DNA of 64,000 bases from Halocafeteria seosinensis (Eukaryota): NCBI GenBank assembly GCA_001687465.1, contig LVLI01000305.1:62001-126000 (forward strand), written 5' to 3'. Within the stretch, counting starts at the first letter, position 1. The number at the start of each line of letters is the position of its first letter. The position numbers were made by a program, and so were the translations under genes. The notes beneath the pieces were generated by a model, which was not told the DNA's origin, did not search any database, and saw only the letters and a list, made by a program, of their open reading frames with translations. Shown here in pieces: positions 11,156 through 25,565 of the stretch.

Positions 11156-12206
11156 ATGGTAAGTAGCTTCCCAACCTGCTGCTGTAGAAGGGACCCACTA
11201 GCTCGGCTTTCCCTGTTTCCTGGGATGGATAATGGTTATCCCACCCCGAAGTGCATATAAGTTACCTGGCATGGGATCTGTTACGTCTAAATCGCTCAGA
11301 TGTATTGCTTGCTGTTCATACTTCGCTCTATTTACCTTGTATCCCTGGTGTACAGACTACCTCCTTAAAGAAAACCCGTAAGAAACGCAGTCACGTATCC
11401 CATGGACATGGACGTGTTGGTAAGTCTTTGAGATCTTTCAATATCCCCGTATAGTGGAGTTGTTGAGAGAAAATGAGCAGCAAAATGGCTTGAAAGTGGA
11501 GAGACTCGGGTGGCGGGACCTTCGGGAAGCGCTTGGGGGACAGTGTAAGGGGACAAAAAACACGAGGCGAGGGAGAAGAGCCCCCTGGGGTAACAAAAAG
11601 GGGTAGGCTCCCCTATCAAGGGGGAGCAAAGGGGAGCCTGGGACCCTAGGTGTATGAGGAATACCGGCACTTTAGCAGTGTGATGCTATATCATATATCA
11701 TGGGTATACGATGGTGGGATTTACCTGAATTCTCCTTTTAAAATGCAGGCAAACACCGCTGCCATCCCGGTGGACGTGGTAATGCCGGTGGCCAGCATCA
11801 TCACAGAACGCTGTTTGATCGATTCCACCCTGGGCACTTCGGTAAAGTAGGGATGCGCTACTTCCATAAGGAGAAGAACCTCCATCATTGCCCTACCCTC
11901 AACTTAGATAAACTGTGGTCTCTCGTATCTGAGGAGACTCTTGAAAAGGCTAAGAGCGAAGCCCAGAAGAAAAGCGGAAATGCCCCTCTGATTGATGTTA
12001 CAGACCATGTAAGTCGACCGACCATGTGGTGCGAGTACAGAATGTTTTGACTCTTGGTCTTATTGTATATATTGCAGGGTTACTTTAAGGTCCTCGGTAA
12101 CGGACGTTTACCCAAGATCCCGGTAGTTGTGAGGGCTAGACACATTAGCCGACTCGCGGAGAAGAAGATCAAAGGAGTTGGTGGAGCTGTTGTCTTGACA
12201 GCATAA
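11156..12206 (+). CDS. RPL27A: 60S ribosomal protein L27a (uL15)
   Basis: Coding exons are ATG only (11156-11158), 11356-11419, 11749-12008 and 12078-12206: [62 protein letters not shown]...[12 protein letters not shown]...GGAVVLTA*. Confidence 0.95.
11205..11323 (+). ncRNA. Candidate intronic H/ACA snoRNA in RPL27A intron 1
   Basis: Stem tgggat/atccca (11221-11243), ANANNA H-box atataa (11255-11260), second stem atctg/cagat, and ATA at 11318-11320 as a possible ACA-box variant. The intron (197 nt) is longer than typical here. Confidence 0.25.
11650..11732 (+). ncRNA. Candidate intronic C/D snoRNA in RPL27A intron 2
   Basis: C-box-like atgagga (11654-11660), internal tgatg, and D-box ctga (11725-11728) in a 329-nt intron. 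Weak support. Confidence 0.2.
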
Positions 12207-12507
12207 GTGAGAGTATTATCGATATGAGCTGGTAATATCTATATACGCACTTTAACCAAAATCTCGCTGCAATTCCAAATGTAACACCAATGTTGCTTTA
12301 CCGTGTTTTCTTCTATACTCGTACCCCCTTTACCCATTAACAGAGCTTTCGGGTGCTTCTGAAGAGCCGGCACCTTCATAAGCAATGGCATCATCCGGGA
12401 AAACAAAATTATTCAAGCGCGGTACGGGATCCTGTATGATGGGCCCGATCTCGTCCGGTAAATTCTCTCGTTTTCTGCGACGGGGCCTTCGTACTGCTGG
12501 TCAATAA

Positions 12508-15056
12508 TCAATCATTGTTACGAGAAATCGTTACAACGTACTTGAGCCATTGATACTCTCTACGAGTAGAGGGAAATATCATTCCCACTGCATAGGCGAA
12601 ACAACGCTTGGGATGGAACTGCTCTGCTTTACTGTTGTCCACACTTTGTGGATTATTTTCCTCCACGACAACCGTTTCAGGGACGACATCGAACCGCAGC
12701 TGCTGTATTAACTCCCTCTGAACCGTTTTCGACATATCCTCTCTCAGTTGCAGTAACTGGGCAAAGAGGACAATGTACGAGAACCAAACTTCGCTGGTGT
12801 ATTTTATCCCGATATCACCCAGGGGGTTAAGCTGCTCCAGATCCTCTTCCAAAACCGCTTTCATATGCTGCAAAGGTAGTAGAAGATGATAGTACTCACG
12901 GTAATTCAGATACTTGCCCACGAAATCTGCAATGTGGTGGTTGGATATGCTCAAATAATGTTGCCAGTCTTGCCTGTTTAGTTTTCGCGACAGACATCGT
13001 GAGTTGTTGCTTTCACCAAACAATAGACATAAGGAGAAGAGGACAATGTGTTGCGTCACCAAGCCGACGTATGTTTCGAAAAAGTAACCGGTAATGCATC
13101 CAAAAATTGCATTGGCAAGTTGCTGCGCCTCTCCAAATACTTCACGCAAAGCCTCTCCTAAATCATATAGCGGTTTTCGAGAATGTTGCAAATTTTTCTT
13201 GGTGCGTTCGAGCAGAGGAGATATTGCACGGACACTAATGTCTACAAGAAGATCCACGGATTGGTGTGCATGCAATTTCACCGTTTCGATAGACCCATCT
13301 GCGGTGCATTGCGAATTCTTCAATTCACGTACGGTATCCGCATCTACTTTCTCTTTCTGTTGCTGCTGCTGATTGATACTAGCAGCAGTCTCCTTAATGC
13401 GCTCCAGGTAGTCCAGCAACAGAACGAGCCCATCTAGCACGGCGGCAATTGGCTGAACGCAGAACTTTCTACCGTGTGCGAAATGGTACCGAAGAGTATC
13501 CAGTAGTCTCTCCGAGAAAATGCAAGCTTCAGAAGCAAAAATTTGAAACATTTTTCCGAGTAGTCGACGATCGCGGTGCTGCTGGACCATGTCGATATCT
13601 TCAAACTGGACCTCAACGTACTGGGCACATTCCCTGAAGAGCTCGTCTGTGAGCGACGTGATACTCGATTGTGGGCTAATAATGACATTCTGTAAATGTT
13701 CAAAAAATTCTTCGAAACGACCGGTGTTGACGTCTATGGCGGTACACATGTAACGTTGTCTTAATGTTTCGGAGATGTCCCTTAGAGCTCGCATGGAAGG
13801 AGAATATTCGGGTTGCTCAGTCCTTGTTGTTGGGAGGTGCTGACGGAGATGGATGTACAGGTCGATGCAATCTAAGAGAAAAAGTATTCGTTTAGATTCC
13901 GTTGCCTTTGACGCTGGTTCGATGTATCGGACAATTTTGCTGTCAAGTTTGAAAATGCAGTTGGCTATAACATCATCGCGCCTCAGCTGCGCCCAGTGAG
14001 AGGGGTAGATACGCATGTACGATAGAAAAGATGGTGTATCGCGTACGTACCCTTCGAACGGTAATTAACCTCCGGTTCATTTCACCAGCAAATTTTTGTA
14101 AACCCTCCAAGAGGAGCTCCTCATGAGGGTCCTCTTGCCTTCCTTCCTCAGCATCTGCAAGGGAGGCACCCCTTAAGCAGCCCTCAAGTAGTTTGGGGAA
14201 GTATTCAGCGTTCTCCCTTGACGATAACTGGTCATATTTCCATAGCCAGTCAGGAATGGTACCACCACTGCATGCACACGTGTGGCATCGAAGCTGCACC
14301 CTGGTGGGATGCTTTGTGGCTCCTGCATGTAACTTACGTAGCAACGTTACAGCTTGAGACAGCTATGTCAGCACTGTCATCATCCACGCTGTCTCCTTGA
14401 ATTTTCTGAATGCGCTGTTTTAAGTACTTTGTCCACATATAGGCATGTTCCCGAGAATCGGCTTTTAATCTGTCACCGAATTATTCGTGGTTCCGACTGA
14501 TACCGGGTAGGTTCTAATATGAAAACACTGACAGCTTACACTAAGCTCTTGGAGTTCCCAAGCACAATTTGTATCCACCCACAGTTTGGATCTGACCATT
14601 CTACTGAAGTAACCTGCGTACTCTCATTGTCGGATTCCGCGGGAGTTTAAAAATTTCTTCATGCCATCAAATTTATCTTTTACCTGAGACAGATCCACGG
14701 ATTCTTTCTCTCTGGCATTGAGCGGATCATGACCCTGGCTTTTCTTGTCAAAGCTGTATAGATACTGTTGATATGCCTGTATCCATTAACAGTCGTACAC
14801 TTCTCCATATCCAAACTCCAATACATTCTAGCAGACCCTCACATACTTTAAAATATCTCTTTTTGAACCTTCCGCGCGCATTCATGATCCGTAGGGTTCC
14901 CGCCAGCGGCGGTAACTCCCTCTCATTGTAGTGGTGGGGTTGATGTTCGTATCCATGGCCATCTTGGTCACCATTCAAGGCACTATTTGATTCAGTTTCT
15001 TCGTCACCGTCTTCCTCATCGAGCCATGATGTTTGGCGTGTGATAGCAGCCGCCAT
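12508..15056 (-). CDS. PH-domain plus Sec6/EXOC3-like helical protein, paralog 1 (3' end may extend through one more exon)
   Basis: N-terminal LPPLAGTLRIMNARGRFKKRYFK starts a PH domain, followed by further PH exons and a long helical region. Its C-terminus (LNPLGDIG..Y..LFAQLLQLREDM...CF...IFP) aligns by eye with the gene at 18171-22309. Confidence 0.6.
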
Positions 15057-15303
15057 AGCCCTCCTATACAGCCATGTTTTCTACACTAGACTATACTATA
15101 CATCTTCAACACTTTATGATACATGCACACAATACTGGTGTATGCAGTGTATACCAAGTATAGATCTAACTAACTCGTGTGAGGGATCAACTTCAACTTG
15201 ACCTACAGGAAGGAAGGAAGGATTATACAGTCGATTCCAAAGGATTGATAGCGTCATGCATGCATGCATTTTGGATGGTAATTTGGAGTACCGCACCGAT
15301 GGC

Positions 15304-17839
15304 ATGATACTGCGAATAGCGTGGCCAATCGACGCCACTAATGTGGAAGAGCCAGGATGGTTGATTGGATGGACGACTACGTATAATGAGGGTACAAGCT
15401 CTCCTGAATATGATGAGACTTCAGGACGGAATTCCTCTTCTTATGCGGTGCCCAAGAAGAGGAGAGACTACGACGGCAACTCTGGGGACACACACGGAAA
15501 CGGAGGAAGAACTCAGGGAGACCCCAATCATGGTATCGGCAATGAGGTCCAAACAGACGGGCATGTCAGTGGAAATGGAGACAAGGATTGTGTAGAAGGT
15601 AGCCAGGCCACGGGCATTGCTGATAGTGCAACTACCACCGTGGTAGGAATTATCCCGAAACGCGTTATCTCCAATCCAAGAGTAGTGACGTGTTTTCTAG
15701 GTGAGTTATCTTGGCACGTATGAAAGCTTCTGGATGGGAATAACAACATCCGTGTGGGCTGTATGTGGTAATTTCATAGCAGATTCTGTTAACAAGTCGT
15801 CTGCTTTCGAGACAGTGAAATCCTACTGCAATGGGACACTGGTTCTGCTGGGCGAGTGGTTTGTACGACAGTTGTCGCAGCCCTCACATGAAGACACCGA
15901 TCACCAAAAGGGGCACATATGGATCGTGCTAGAGGCAGGGCATTTGCCAGGTATACAGGTGGAGAAGACTGCGGCCTGTGGCAACTTTCTAACGCATCAA
16001 GCAACCTTGCTTAGTGAATCGGGAAGATTCGCTCCTACTCTACGGAAAGGGTTTTATCGGAGGCAGGAGATCAATTCGTTTCATATTCTTTTCTATCAAA
16101 GGCGACGGTTAGATCGTTTTGAGTACTACAGCAATTCTCTGTAAGCAAATAACTCGGGTGTCTTTCTGACGGTGATACAATTGCCACTTTCGTTATTGCA
16201 CAGGTACACATATCAACGATACCACGGAGCCACGGAATTTGAACTCTTGCTTCATCAAATCAACGTTGCGCCCATAGTTCTGGGCCTGATTAAGACTTGG
16301 TTACAGAACTCGTTTGCAAATGTCGTTTCTGATACTATTCCTGTCGAGACGGCAAACAATCTTCCAGCCCAAAACCAGGTACTCATTAAGAAGGTGATGG
16401 TAGAGGTGTATAATGTATGCCCGAAGGCCGTTAATAATAACTATCCCAAGCGCTCTCTTGAAGCACACACTTCTACAGAGAAGGAGAGCTATCAGATAGT
16501 CAATTCAACCTCGGAGAGCGGTATCGTAAGGGCGTTGAAGTGGGCAGCTTGCCAGCCTATTATTGCAGTAATGCTCTTTCTTCGGATGTATGCGGAGGTG
16601 ATTATTAGTTTCCTCAATATTCAGGTTCCTATATGGTCTCCCCTGTTTGGAGGAAAGAGGTTTCGACAGATATCCGTTCTAGGGAAACTGATGGATCGTA
16701 AATGCCGAGAATACTGCACGTGGCCTTCCGTTCTCGTTCACCTCAGGCGAGCTACGGGCCATAAGGACGCTGAACGGTGGTACTGGGAGAGCCCACATGC
16801 TGCTGCATCACATCATATCGCGGTTTATAGCAGCATGTCGCTGGCACTGTTGGACGTGGTGCTTGGGTTATGTTTGGGCCTTTATTTGATGGCTAACTCT
16901 TTTGAGTCGGGGCCAGTATTGCGCGGACTTCATCATCTTGTTCGTATTACCCACATAGAGGTTTTGAAGAATAACATCGAATGGTTGATGGGAGTTCCTG
17001 CTGGCTTCAAATTTAACCAGGCTTTATCCTACCGATTAGGTTGCATTAATTTGGAAGCCATCGACGCGTGGGATACGATAACAACGCTACTCACACCTTG
17101 GGAACCGGTGATCGTGCTCGGAATAGGAATGTGCGGTGTATTTGGTATTACTCTCATCTTTGCACTCACTACAGACATATTAAATTTTGCAACTTTCCAC
17201 ATTTCGGTGCTACGAAGCATTTTTGCAAGAGTTCATGCGTTTAATTTGTCTGTCTTGGCTTCGCTTTGGAGACTGTTTCGCGGAAAGAAATGGAATGTCT
17301 TACGAGAACGGGTAGATTCCGCAGAATTCGATACGTCAGAACTACTGATGGGCACATTGTTGTTTGCTTGCGTTTTTTTCTTATTCACAACGTGGTTTGT
17401 TTACTATGCCTTCTTTTCCTTTCTATGGTTGTTTGTATTATCCATGAGAGCCGCTTTATGGACTCTCATGGCGATATTGAATCGCTTTCCGTTCTACGCG
17501 GTATACATGAAGTTTTGGTACCCTTATTCCATGCCAGGAAAGACGGCCATTCAACTCATTGGAAGGGTGCAAGGGAAGGACGATTGCTCCAATGAAGGTT
17601 ACGAGAACATGTGTATGCAGGTGATCTCCTTCCCTGCTCCCATCGGAGCCATATTCAACGTCTACGCAGATGTATGGGGAAACTTAAAGGCACACTACAG
17701 TCCCACAAAGATAATATTAGCAGCTCTGAAAGGCGAGGAAGTTTCCCAAGCACCTGAGTTCACAGGAGATTTTAACCCAAGCATGCCCACACCCACCGTG
17801 TCTGAATATACGAATGCCGTTATCCAACTCTTTCGATAA
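15304..17839 (+). CDS. PIGQ: GPI-GlcNAc transferase subunit PIG-Q/Gpi1
   Basis: N-terminus LRIAWP...PGWLIGW, then WLMGVPAGFKFNQALS..LG and SLWRLFRGKKWNVLRERVDS...LLMGTLLF...YY.FF, with multiple TM segments. Confidence 0.9.
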
Positions 17840-18170
17840 CATGACCAGCGATGCCCGAGAACGGATGCCGAGAACGGTCTTGACATCTTGCAGCAAGATG
17901 TCCGGAACCAATAGCATAATATATCGTTAGATCAGACGAGAAAAGAGCCCAAAGTCGATCATCGACCGAGCCACAAGAACCTTGAGTACACTTCTTTGTG
18001 CGCACACATTCCAATAGTAGCCATCATGGACCTCAAAGATGATGACCAAACCAGATACTGAGAGTAGTTTCATATTAGCAGAGTATTTTGCCTGCCTACT
18101 GAAGCGAATTTGCGGTATAGGGAAGCATCCCAGATACACAGTATTTGCTCATGCTTGCTTTTACATTGTG

Positions 18171-21100
18171 CTAATGGAACAAATTTCTTACACTCTTCGA
18201 AATCCCTCCACTTTTCTTCTTGTCGTTTGCGCGCACTGGTGTGCTCGTCGGAGGAAGAGTGGCCGACAAATCTTCGTCTTCGTCGTCGTCAGCCTTGCGT
18301 CGCCTTCCTTTTCTTGAGCTCGCGAAGGCGTGCGTATTGTCTAGCTGCATTGCAAATGGATCTTTCTCTTCCTCAGAAGATATCTTCCGTTCACTTCGAG
18401 ACTTAACAGAACCGAGTGCGGGAGGTTTTTCTCTTCCATCAGTATTATTTGCGATGTCACTGCTGGAGTGAGATGCCATGGCAGAAATAAACTGAGCACT
18501 GCCATCATCTTCCATGTGAGGAATAGACGGCAGTGTATCATCATCCATAGACGGTGGCACAGGAAAATCTTCGTCTCCGTATTCTTGAATGGTTGCTGAT
18601 TGTCCTCCAGCATTGTGTCCACGGAGAATTGATGAGAAGCTTGCCGTTTGTTGCTCTTCCAAGGAGCCCCCAAGAAAACTAGATAGGTTGGTCGCCTGAA
18701 CACTTCTTCTGGAGGCCGAGTTTTGTCGATTGCCCTTTGGTGAAGGGTGTTTCGCCTCAGATCGAACTTCCCTGTCATTCGACTGGGAGGCATGTGTCGA
18801 AGCAGCACTTCCCGTCTCCTTCTTCTTCTTTGAAAAAAGCTTGAAAAATGATTTGGACTTTTTGTCGCTTTCTCCATTTTTTGGCGGGGAAGAGCAAAAC
18901 TGCGTCTTTAATATGGCCTTCTTTTTGCTTCTGCGGAATCGAGGAAGTGCGAACTGAACATTCATTGGCCAAATTTACATACAAAGTATCGTGCTTACAT
19001 TAAGTCCTTTACTAACGGAGAATCCAGTGGAAATAGTCTCCAGATTGTATTGCAAAAGCAGTTTTCACATTTCCATTCTTTCGGATCGTTGTTTCGAGAC
19101 TCCTGGGGTATTTCCGGCTGGTCTTCATTGGTCTTCTGCAAGGCTTCCTTTTGAACGTCAAGAGTCATATTAAACCTTTGATACTCTTGGAGATCACTTC
19201 GCAAGCTAGTCATTCGAGAGAATAACGAAGCGTAACCGGTAGGATAGGATTGACACAATGTGAGACCAACATCGCCAAGCGGGCCCAGTTCGTCGCAATC
19301 GACTGTACATGCTTTTATAACATGCTCAATCGCAGAAAGAATTAAATGACGATTTGTTCGGGACATATACCGATGCGCAAAGTCCTCAATGGCATCAGTT
19401 TCTGCACTAAACTCCTCCTTCAGTTCTTCGGAGAACTTGAAGTGTTTTTTCCTTACTCTTCGAGTCTTCAAATGTACGCCTAGAACACAGGCAAGAAACG
19501 CTACCTGGATTTCCTCGATCACCATTCCAGCGAGGATCTCAAAGAAATAGGGTTCCAGCAATTCATAGTATTCGTCGAGGTAATCGCAAGCGGTGGCCCG
19601 AATGTTCCCCATAGATTCGGTCCATATTCCGATTTCGTTCTCATCACAGTTGAAGACCTCGTTGTTAGCAGTGTCGATCGTTTTAGAAAGGTCGCTTTTC
19701 ACGAGATCAACTTGAATATCAAGTAGGCTTTTCCCATGGCCTTTGATATCTTCTATGACTTGAGGAATCCTTTCCTTCGTTTCGAGCATCTCACTTTCGT
19801 CCTGATTCAACATTGCGTTGTCATTAAGATCTTCAAAACCACACTTGGTTACTATATCCTTCAGCTCATGTTCTACTTGTTCTAGGTGGTCAAGCAGGGT
19901 CCCCATGTCATTTATTACTCCTAACGCTAAGTCTTTTAAGTCGGCGTCAATGCTCCCTTTCTTCCTCCAAATGGAATAAACGTTCTTTGCTGCTTGGAAT
20001 GCATACCGTTCAATTTCCTCGACGACATGGCACAACGCTTTCCCTCTTAGTTCCAAACTCTCGCACTGCCGAATAGATCCCAAATGCTGGTTGAGAGCGG
20101 AGAAAAAATCACGAGGAACTATTGTGAGTACAAGATTGCTTGCAGGTGCATAAGGAGTCCACAGAAGCTCATGCAGCGGTTGGTCATTAAATTGCTGAAC
20201 CGAACTCAGCGTATAGGTCTCCATTTTTGGAGCAATCATATTCATATACCTATCAGCGAGCTCTCGCGAAAGAAAAGCAATTTCTTTCCAGGGATAAAGT
20301 ACTTCGGGGTCAAAATCGAACGATGCGATAATTTCTCTCCGGCTTCTGTAAACTTCAATGCACTGGATAAATTTCAGCAGCATCTTTGAGGAATACTTTT
20401 GCATATTGTTTTGGTCTGCTAAGTTCCTTATTTCATATAGAATGCGCTTATCAAATGTTTGGACATGCTCAGCAGCAGTGGAGGTATCACCCGTCTGCAA
20501 AACATCCTCCAAGTATCCGAGAGGTTTACGGCAAGCACTCGGCAGTTTACTTACCTGTTTGCAGTGTTGGAGCCGACCTCTCAGTCGGAACGATACACTA
20601 CGGGCGTTTTCATATAGCTCGCTTATAGTAGCTTCGTCAGCTTCCTCAACGTCTTGTAGGCCCTTAAAGACGTCATCCAGATAAGGCTTGAGCAACTTCT
20701 CAGTGCGCTCCCCCACAGATAATCTTTTGTTTTTCTTGTACTCTTTATACCAGTCCAAATAGTCATCGCTATCTCCATCACTCTCATCCGAGTCTGCCAT
20801 GGATGAGTGTTTGTACTGTTGTACTGCCTCATCAAATCGTCGTTTCTCTTTGATCGCCTTTGCCAGAGAAGACACCCACCCGTCTCTCAGTAGCGTGGAC
20901 TGGAAACGACACCGAACGGAATGATGATGATCATTGGGGTTACCATTGACTCGGAGTTCAAGCTCTTTCGGAGCCTCCCGGGCCACAACGGTTCTGGAAA
21001 AACGTAACATGGGACGCCATTTTCAGGGGCGAACTGAGAATGACGGAGACACTAGGACTTACTCTAGTTTGTCAAGCGATACCAAATCAGTCGTTTTATT

Positions 21101-22309
21101 CTCCTTGTCATCCCGGCAAAACAGTAGAGAATGACGAGTTAATCTCAAATAGCGGTGTTCCCACCGCTTCAACCCGCTGTTTGTGCACTTTTGAACCCAA
21201 CCCTCGGAAGGCAATTCTCCACCTTTACGGAATGGGTTGGTGCTATCCACGCGAACGCCGTTAGATCCCTTCCTATGAGCTATCTCTCCGTTCTCCGAAT
21301 TGCGTTCTTGCTCACTGTTTCGCCGCGAGGGCACTGTATCTTCGTCACTGTCATACTCCTCATGAATCGGGCGAGCGGATCCGCCACCACGCAGCTCCTC
21401 TGCACAGGAGTCCTTCTTCTGAATTTGACTTCCACCCTCATCTGAAGCAGTTACTGAGTCGCGAGTATCAAACGAATGTCTGTCAGAGGTAGCATCCTGG
21501 TTTTCATCATCCAGTGACTGAGCTACAGCTTCATAGCATCTTTTTCTGACAAAAAGTATGATGACAAAAACATGATGCAAACCTTCGGACTCTTAAAAGT
21601 AGGCAAGTACGAGCAAGACGTACGTTAGTTCTTCATTCTTCTTAGCCCATTCCACGCGGGACTGCAGTTGCTCGATCCATTTTTCAGCCTCTTCATAGGA
21701 GCGGCTCTTAAGACTGAGTATCAGCAGCACATAGCGTTCAAACACCACTATCTCAGCTTGTCTCTCTTTGCCCGTGATAGAAACTCACTTATAGCTCTTG
21801 CCACTGTCAAATTCAAGATAGAACCATCCACACATATCCACTAGCTCGACTTTCGCCACCTGGTTAACATTTCCCCAACGGAGTACCCATGTTCATTCTG
21901 TGTGATAAGATACCGGAGCTACCATTCTCTTACATGTGTTAAATCAATGCTGGCTAAAACTTTGCTGCTCGAGGGCGAGTTGTGATAGCAGAGGTATCCA
22001 TCAATAGCCTGCAAATATCAAGTTACGAATGACTAGTAGGCCCACAATTCTCCACTCCACAAGGACGTACTTTAAAATAACGCTTCTGCCACTTTCCAAT
22101 CTTGCTTAACTTTTTCAATTCACCACGAAGAGGAGGGAGCCCACACTGTATTCCATGAGACCGGGACACATGTAAACAACGAACAAACGCGGCCTTAGAT
22201 CAGCCATGTTTCCCCTTCTTCACCTGGGGAGAGGTTGGTCTCCAATTCCACTTCTACTTACCGTGTCATTTTGGGTCGGCACTTCACCAGGTCTCTTAGA
22301 GAGCGCCAT
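18171..22309 (-). CDS. Tandem-PH plus Sec6/EXOC3-like protein, paralog 2, with disordered C-tail
   Basis: MALSKRPGEVPTQNDT | CGLPPLRGELKKLSKIGKWQKRYFK (PH1) and EGWVQKCTNSGLKRWEHRYLRL...LRDGWVSSL (PH2). Sec6-like segments LGVINDM, IRATACDYLDEYYELLEPYFFEIL and SLRSDL. Spliced to ORF 18171-18965. Confidence 0.72.
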
Positions 22310-22991
22310 GGTTGTGTACACGAGACGAAGGGGGTCCTTGCACTTGCCTCGGACTCAATATAGAGTGGTATGACTGCCAATTCGGGGCTTCACTCCACCA
22401 GCGGGGACGGAGGAGACGCTTTATCTCACTGTTTGGATCAATTCTATTGCACAGTTTCCTTTACGAGCGGTTCATATATCTACCTAGGATGTCATCAATG
22501 CGCCATCGTGGCTTCGTTGACAATGCTTACGATATACACGGGTTGTAAAGGCACAAAGGCGCTGTAGTCAGCGCAAGTTGAAGCTGGACGACGTATTCAA
22601 CGACTTCCATTGGTATGGAGCTGCTAGCTAGTAACACAGGATCGAAGATCTATGCCTACTCATAGTGTCATTGGGGTAGTGTCATGGAGGGAAAACATCC
22701 GCCTGTGCACAGCATCTGTGGGAAAATGGACGTAAACAGTTTTGGCGCGCTAGGGTTGTGTATACATGCAAGACATCTTCTAGGGTGGAATTCTATCCAC
22801 CACCAGTTTTTCAGAATAGCTACCACATAAATATCCCGGAGAAACGGTGGGAAAAAATCTCTTATCCACTTGACGATCATGTTGCCTCGAGCTAATGCAA
22901 CTGGTCACCGAGAAATGCACACTTTGGCTTGAGAACGATCTGCGCTAAATACTGTACAAGGCGCGCTTTGACAACTCAAGCTTGTCTATCA

Positions 22992-24686
22992 TCATCCCGC
23001 AGAACTTAGAAGACGTTGACGTGTGTGATCGATCCATGCACGGACGTTAGCAACCGAATGGGGAATATCAGTAGCCCCATGCTTAACAAACCACGAGGAT
23101 CCTAGTAAAACCTCAGCTGGTAGGCGTTCTGATGGCTCTTTCTTCAAACATTGAGAGACGAAGTTCTGGAATTCGGTAGAAAACTCGTGTGCGGGTACTC
23201 TTGGAGATTCCGCTGAAACGATTGCTTCGGCCATCTGCGGATGGGCTTGACCCACGAGCCAGATAAAGTCAGCAATTTTTAAACTTTAGATCATGACTTG
23301 CATACCTCAATGTGGGTTTGGGTTTCCTTGTAAGGATACTCCCCCGTAGCACATTCTACTAAAACAAGGCCAAAACTCCATATATCTGGTGGCGGAAGCA
23401 CATAACAACAAATATCAGATGGCCCTTGAAGACGTCAATAGAGGTAGTTACTTACCTGAAGGAAACGAGTGGGCTTGGTTGAAAATCCTCTCCGGTGCCA
23501 TATACTTAAAAGTGCCCGTAAATGTTCCCGCTACTCCTGCATATATTGGTTAGTAGGCGCTAAAATGAACAATGAACACCACCATCGTTCTAAACGAAGC
23601 GTACCTATCGAGTCTCTCAGTTCAGCGCTCACACCGAAGTCCGTAATCTTTACGTAGCCTTTCGAATTGATCAAAATATTCGAGGGCTTAATATCCTGGA
23701 CAGTAGCACAGGGTTTTGGTAACATCTGTTGTACGAAACTATGAAAATAAAAAGCGTGAAACTCACTCGATGCAACCGCTTTTCGTGCTTTAAATAGGCA
23801 AGACCCCACACCACCTGATACGCTATATTTGCCAAGGCCGCCTCTGGAATCTTCCCCACCTGCTATAAAGAAATTAACACAATCTAAATGCTGAAGAGAT
23901 TGCCCTTCTTATGACATACATACCTGCTTTACCACATTTCCCAAGGAACCGCCGTCCATGTATTCAAGACCAATTTGAATGGTTCCCTCCAAAAAATAAG
24001 CTCCATAAAACTTTACAAGACTGTGCTCAAAGCATGCAACCTGTACAATGGCATAAAACAACTGTCGATTTCAGAATTATCCCGTACCTAGAGCAATCTG
24101 CGTCATACAGGGCTTGTATTTCTCGTAACAGTTGGTGTCTCTTGCTTTGATCAAACACGCTTATGACCTTGAGTGCTAGTTGTGTTCCTGAGGGTGCATG
24201 CAGTGCACGCTGTACGTAGCTGCAAGCCCCTCTGCCGATATTGCTAAGTGGCTTTATCTCCTGGGGAACAATAGTAAAGGCTTTGGTTCGTCCACGCATA
24301 ACAACACCCGTAGGCATGACTGCAATGTTGCCTTTCACAAAGTTTTCCTTATCGATCCGATAAGAGGGAGTTGCTTCTTCTCCTGCTTCCGTAGAGTCTG
24401 CTCCACCTGAAGAAGCCGTGTCTACCCTATGACTTCCTCTAGAATTTACGTTTGTATCGCGGCTGGCTCCTCGACTAGTTCGTGGATCTGGGTGCTCTCC
24501 TCCCATTTCGGCTTCAAGCTGCCGAGCAAAATCGCTGCTTCGAGCCCGCTGGTGATTCGAGCCTTTCGGGGACAATGTCTCTTCTCCTGAGCCACTTCCT
24601 GCACGAGGCAGAGGTCCTTGACTATGCCTCCTTCCTGTGGGACTCCCTCCGGGGCGGCCACTTTCATTGGAGAACGGATTCGCCAT
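22992..24686 (-). CDS. MAP kinase kinase (STE7 family), multi-exon
   Basis: [33 protein letters not shown] | [26 protein letters not shown] and activation segment [20 protein letters not shown]. Confidence 0.9.
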
Positions 24687-25565
24687 CTCGCTTAGCCAAA
24701 CTCTATTCTTTCAGCTCTTCCTCGACGCTGTAGAAACACAGTGGGCACAAAGAGAACGAAAATGATCATGTATCATTTCCATACGGACGAGCGGCGAGAA
24801 ACTGGAACACGGACAATGTACGCACGTACTCACTTTGAAAAGAAAAAGTGGGATCGGCTCAGCGCAGCGGCTAGTCAGACTGCATATTTTGCCGGTTCGG
24901 CAGGTCTCACGCCTTCTCGTCCTTTCGCATACAATCATAAAAAGTATCACCTAAAGCAGTCTATATCACGTCAAAACAAGCGTTCTAGCGTACTGGAATC
25001 GGTCTAAGACACAGACACAGGCAGCGTCGGAGTGTGTGTTGGTTGGGCCGCCGGAGATCCGGCTGGATCGCAATCCCACCAGAAGCGCAGGATACGGGCC
25101 TCAAGGCTACCAAGTCAAGTATAAATCGGGACCACTCCTCTTAAATCGTGGGAGTGACTGGCAAAGTGTGGCCTGCTTAAAGTTCGAAATTCAAGATTTC
25201 GGGACACTGCTATCGATTGAGCAACGTGTGGGTTAATGACTCAATGCAGGAAGCCGTTCATTTTGACTCATGCTCAACAACCGACAGTATGAAGCACATG
25301 CATGATGAAGCGTAGCGAACGTCAATTGATGGTGGTGTACGCATCCGCTTACTTTTACTTCATTCAGTATGGAGGCCCTCGAAGCATTACATTATGTGTG
25401 TGCTTGAAGCAAGCCCGGCGTTCTCCGTTTGGCTTGAAGTTGGGCACGATTTCCGGCAAATGCCTGTTGATGGCGGGACTGTATAGCATTGGCATGTATC
25501 TCTTGTATAGTCCATTTGATCATCAACTTACCCTTATTTTCCCATTTCGAGTGAAGTTGCGAAAG

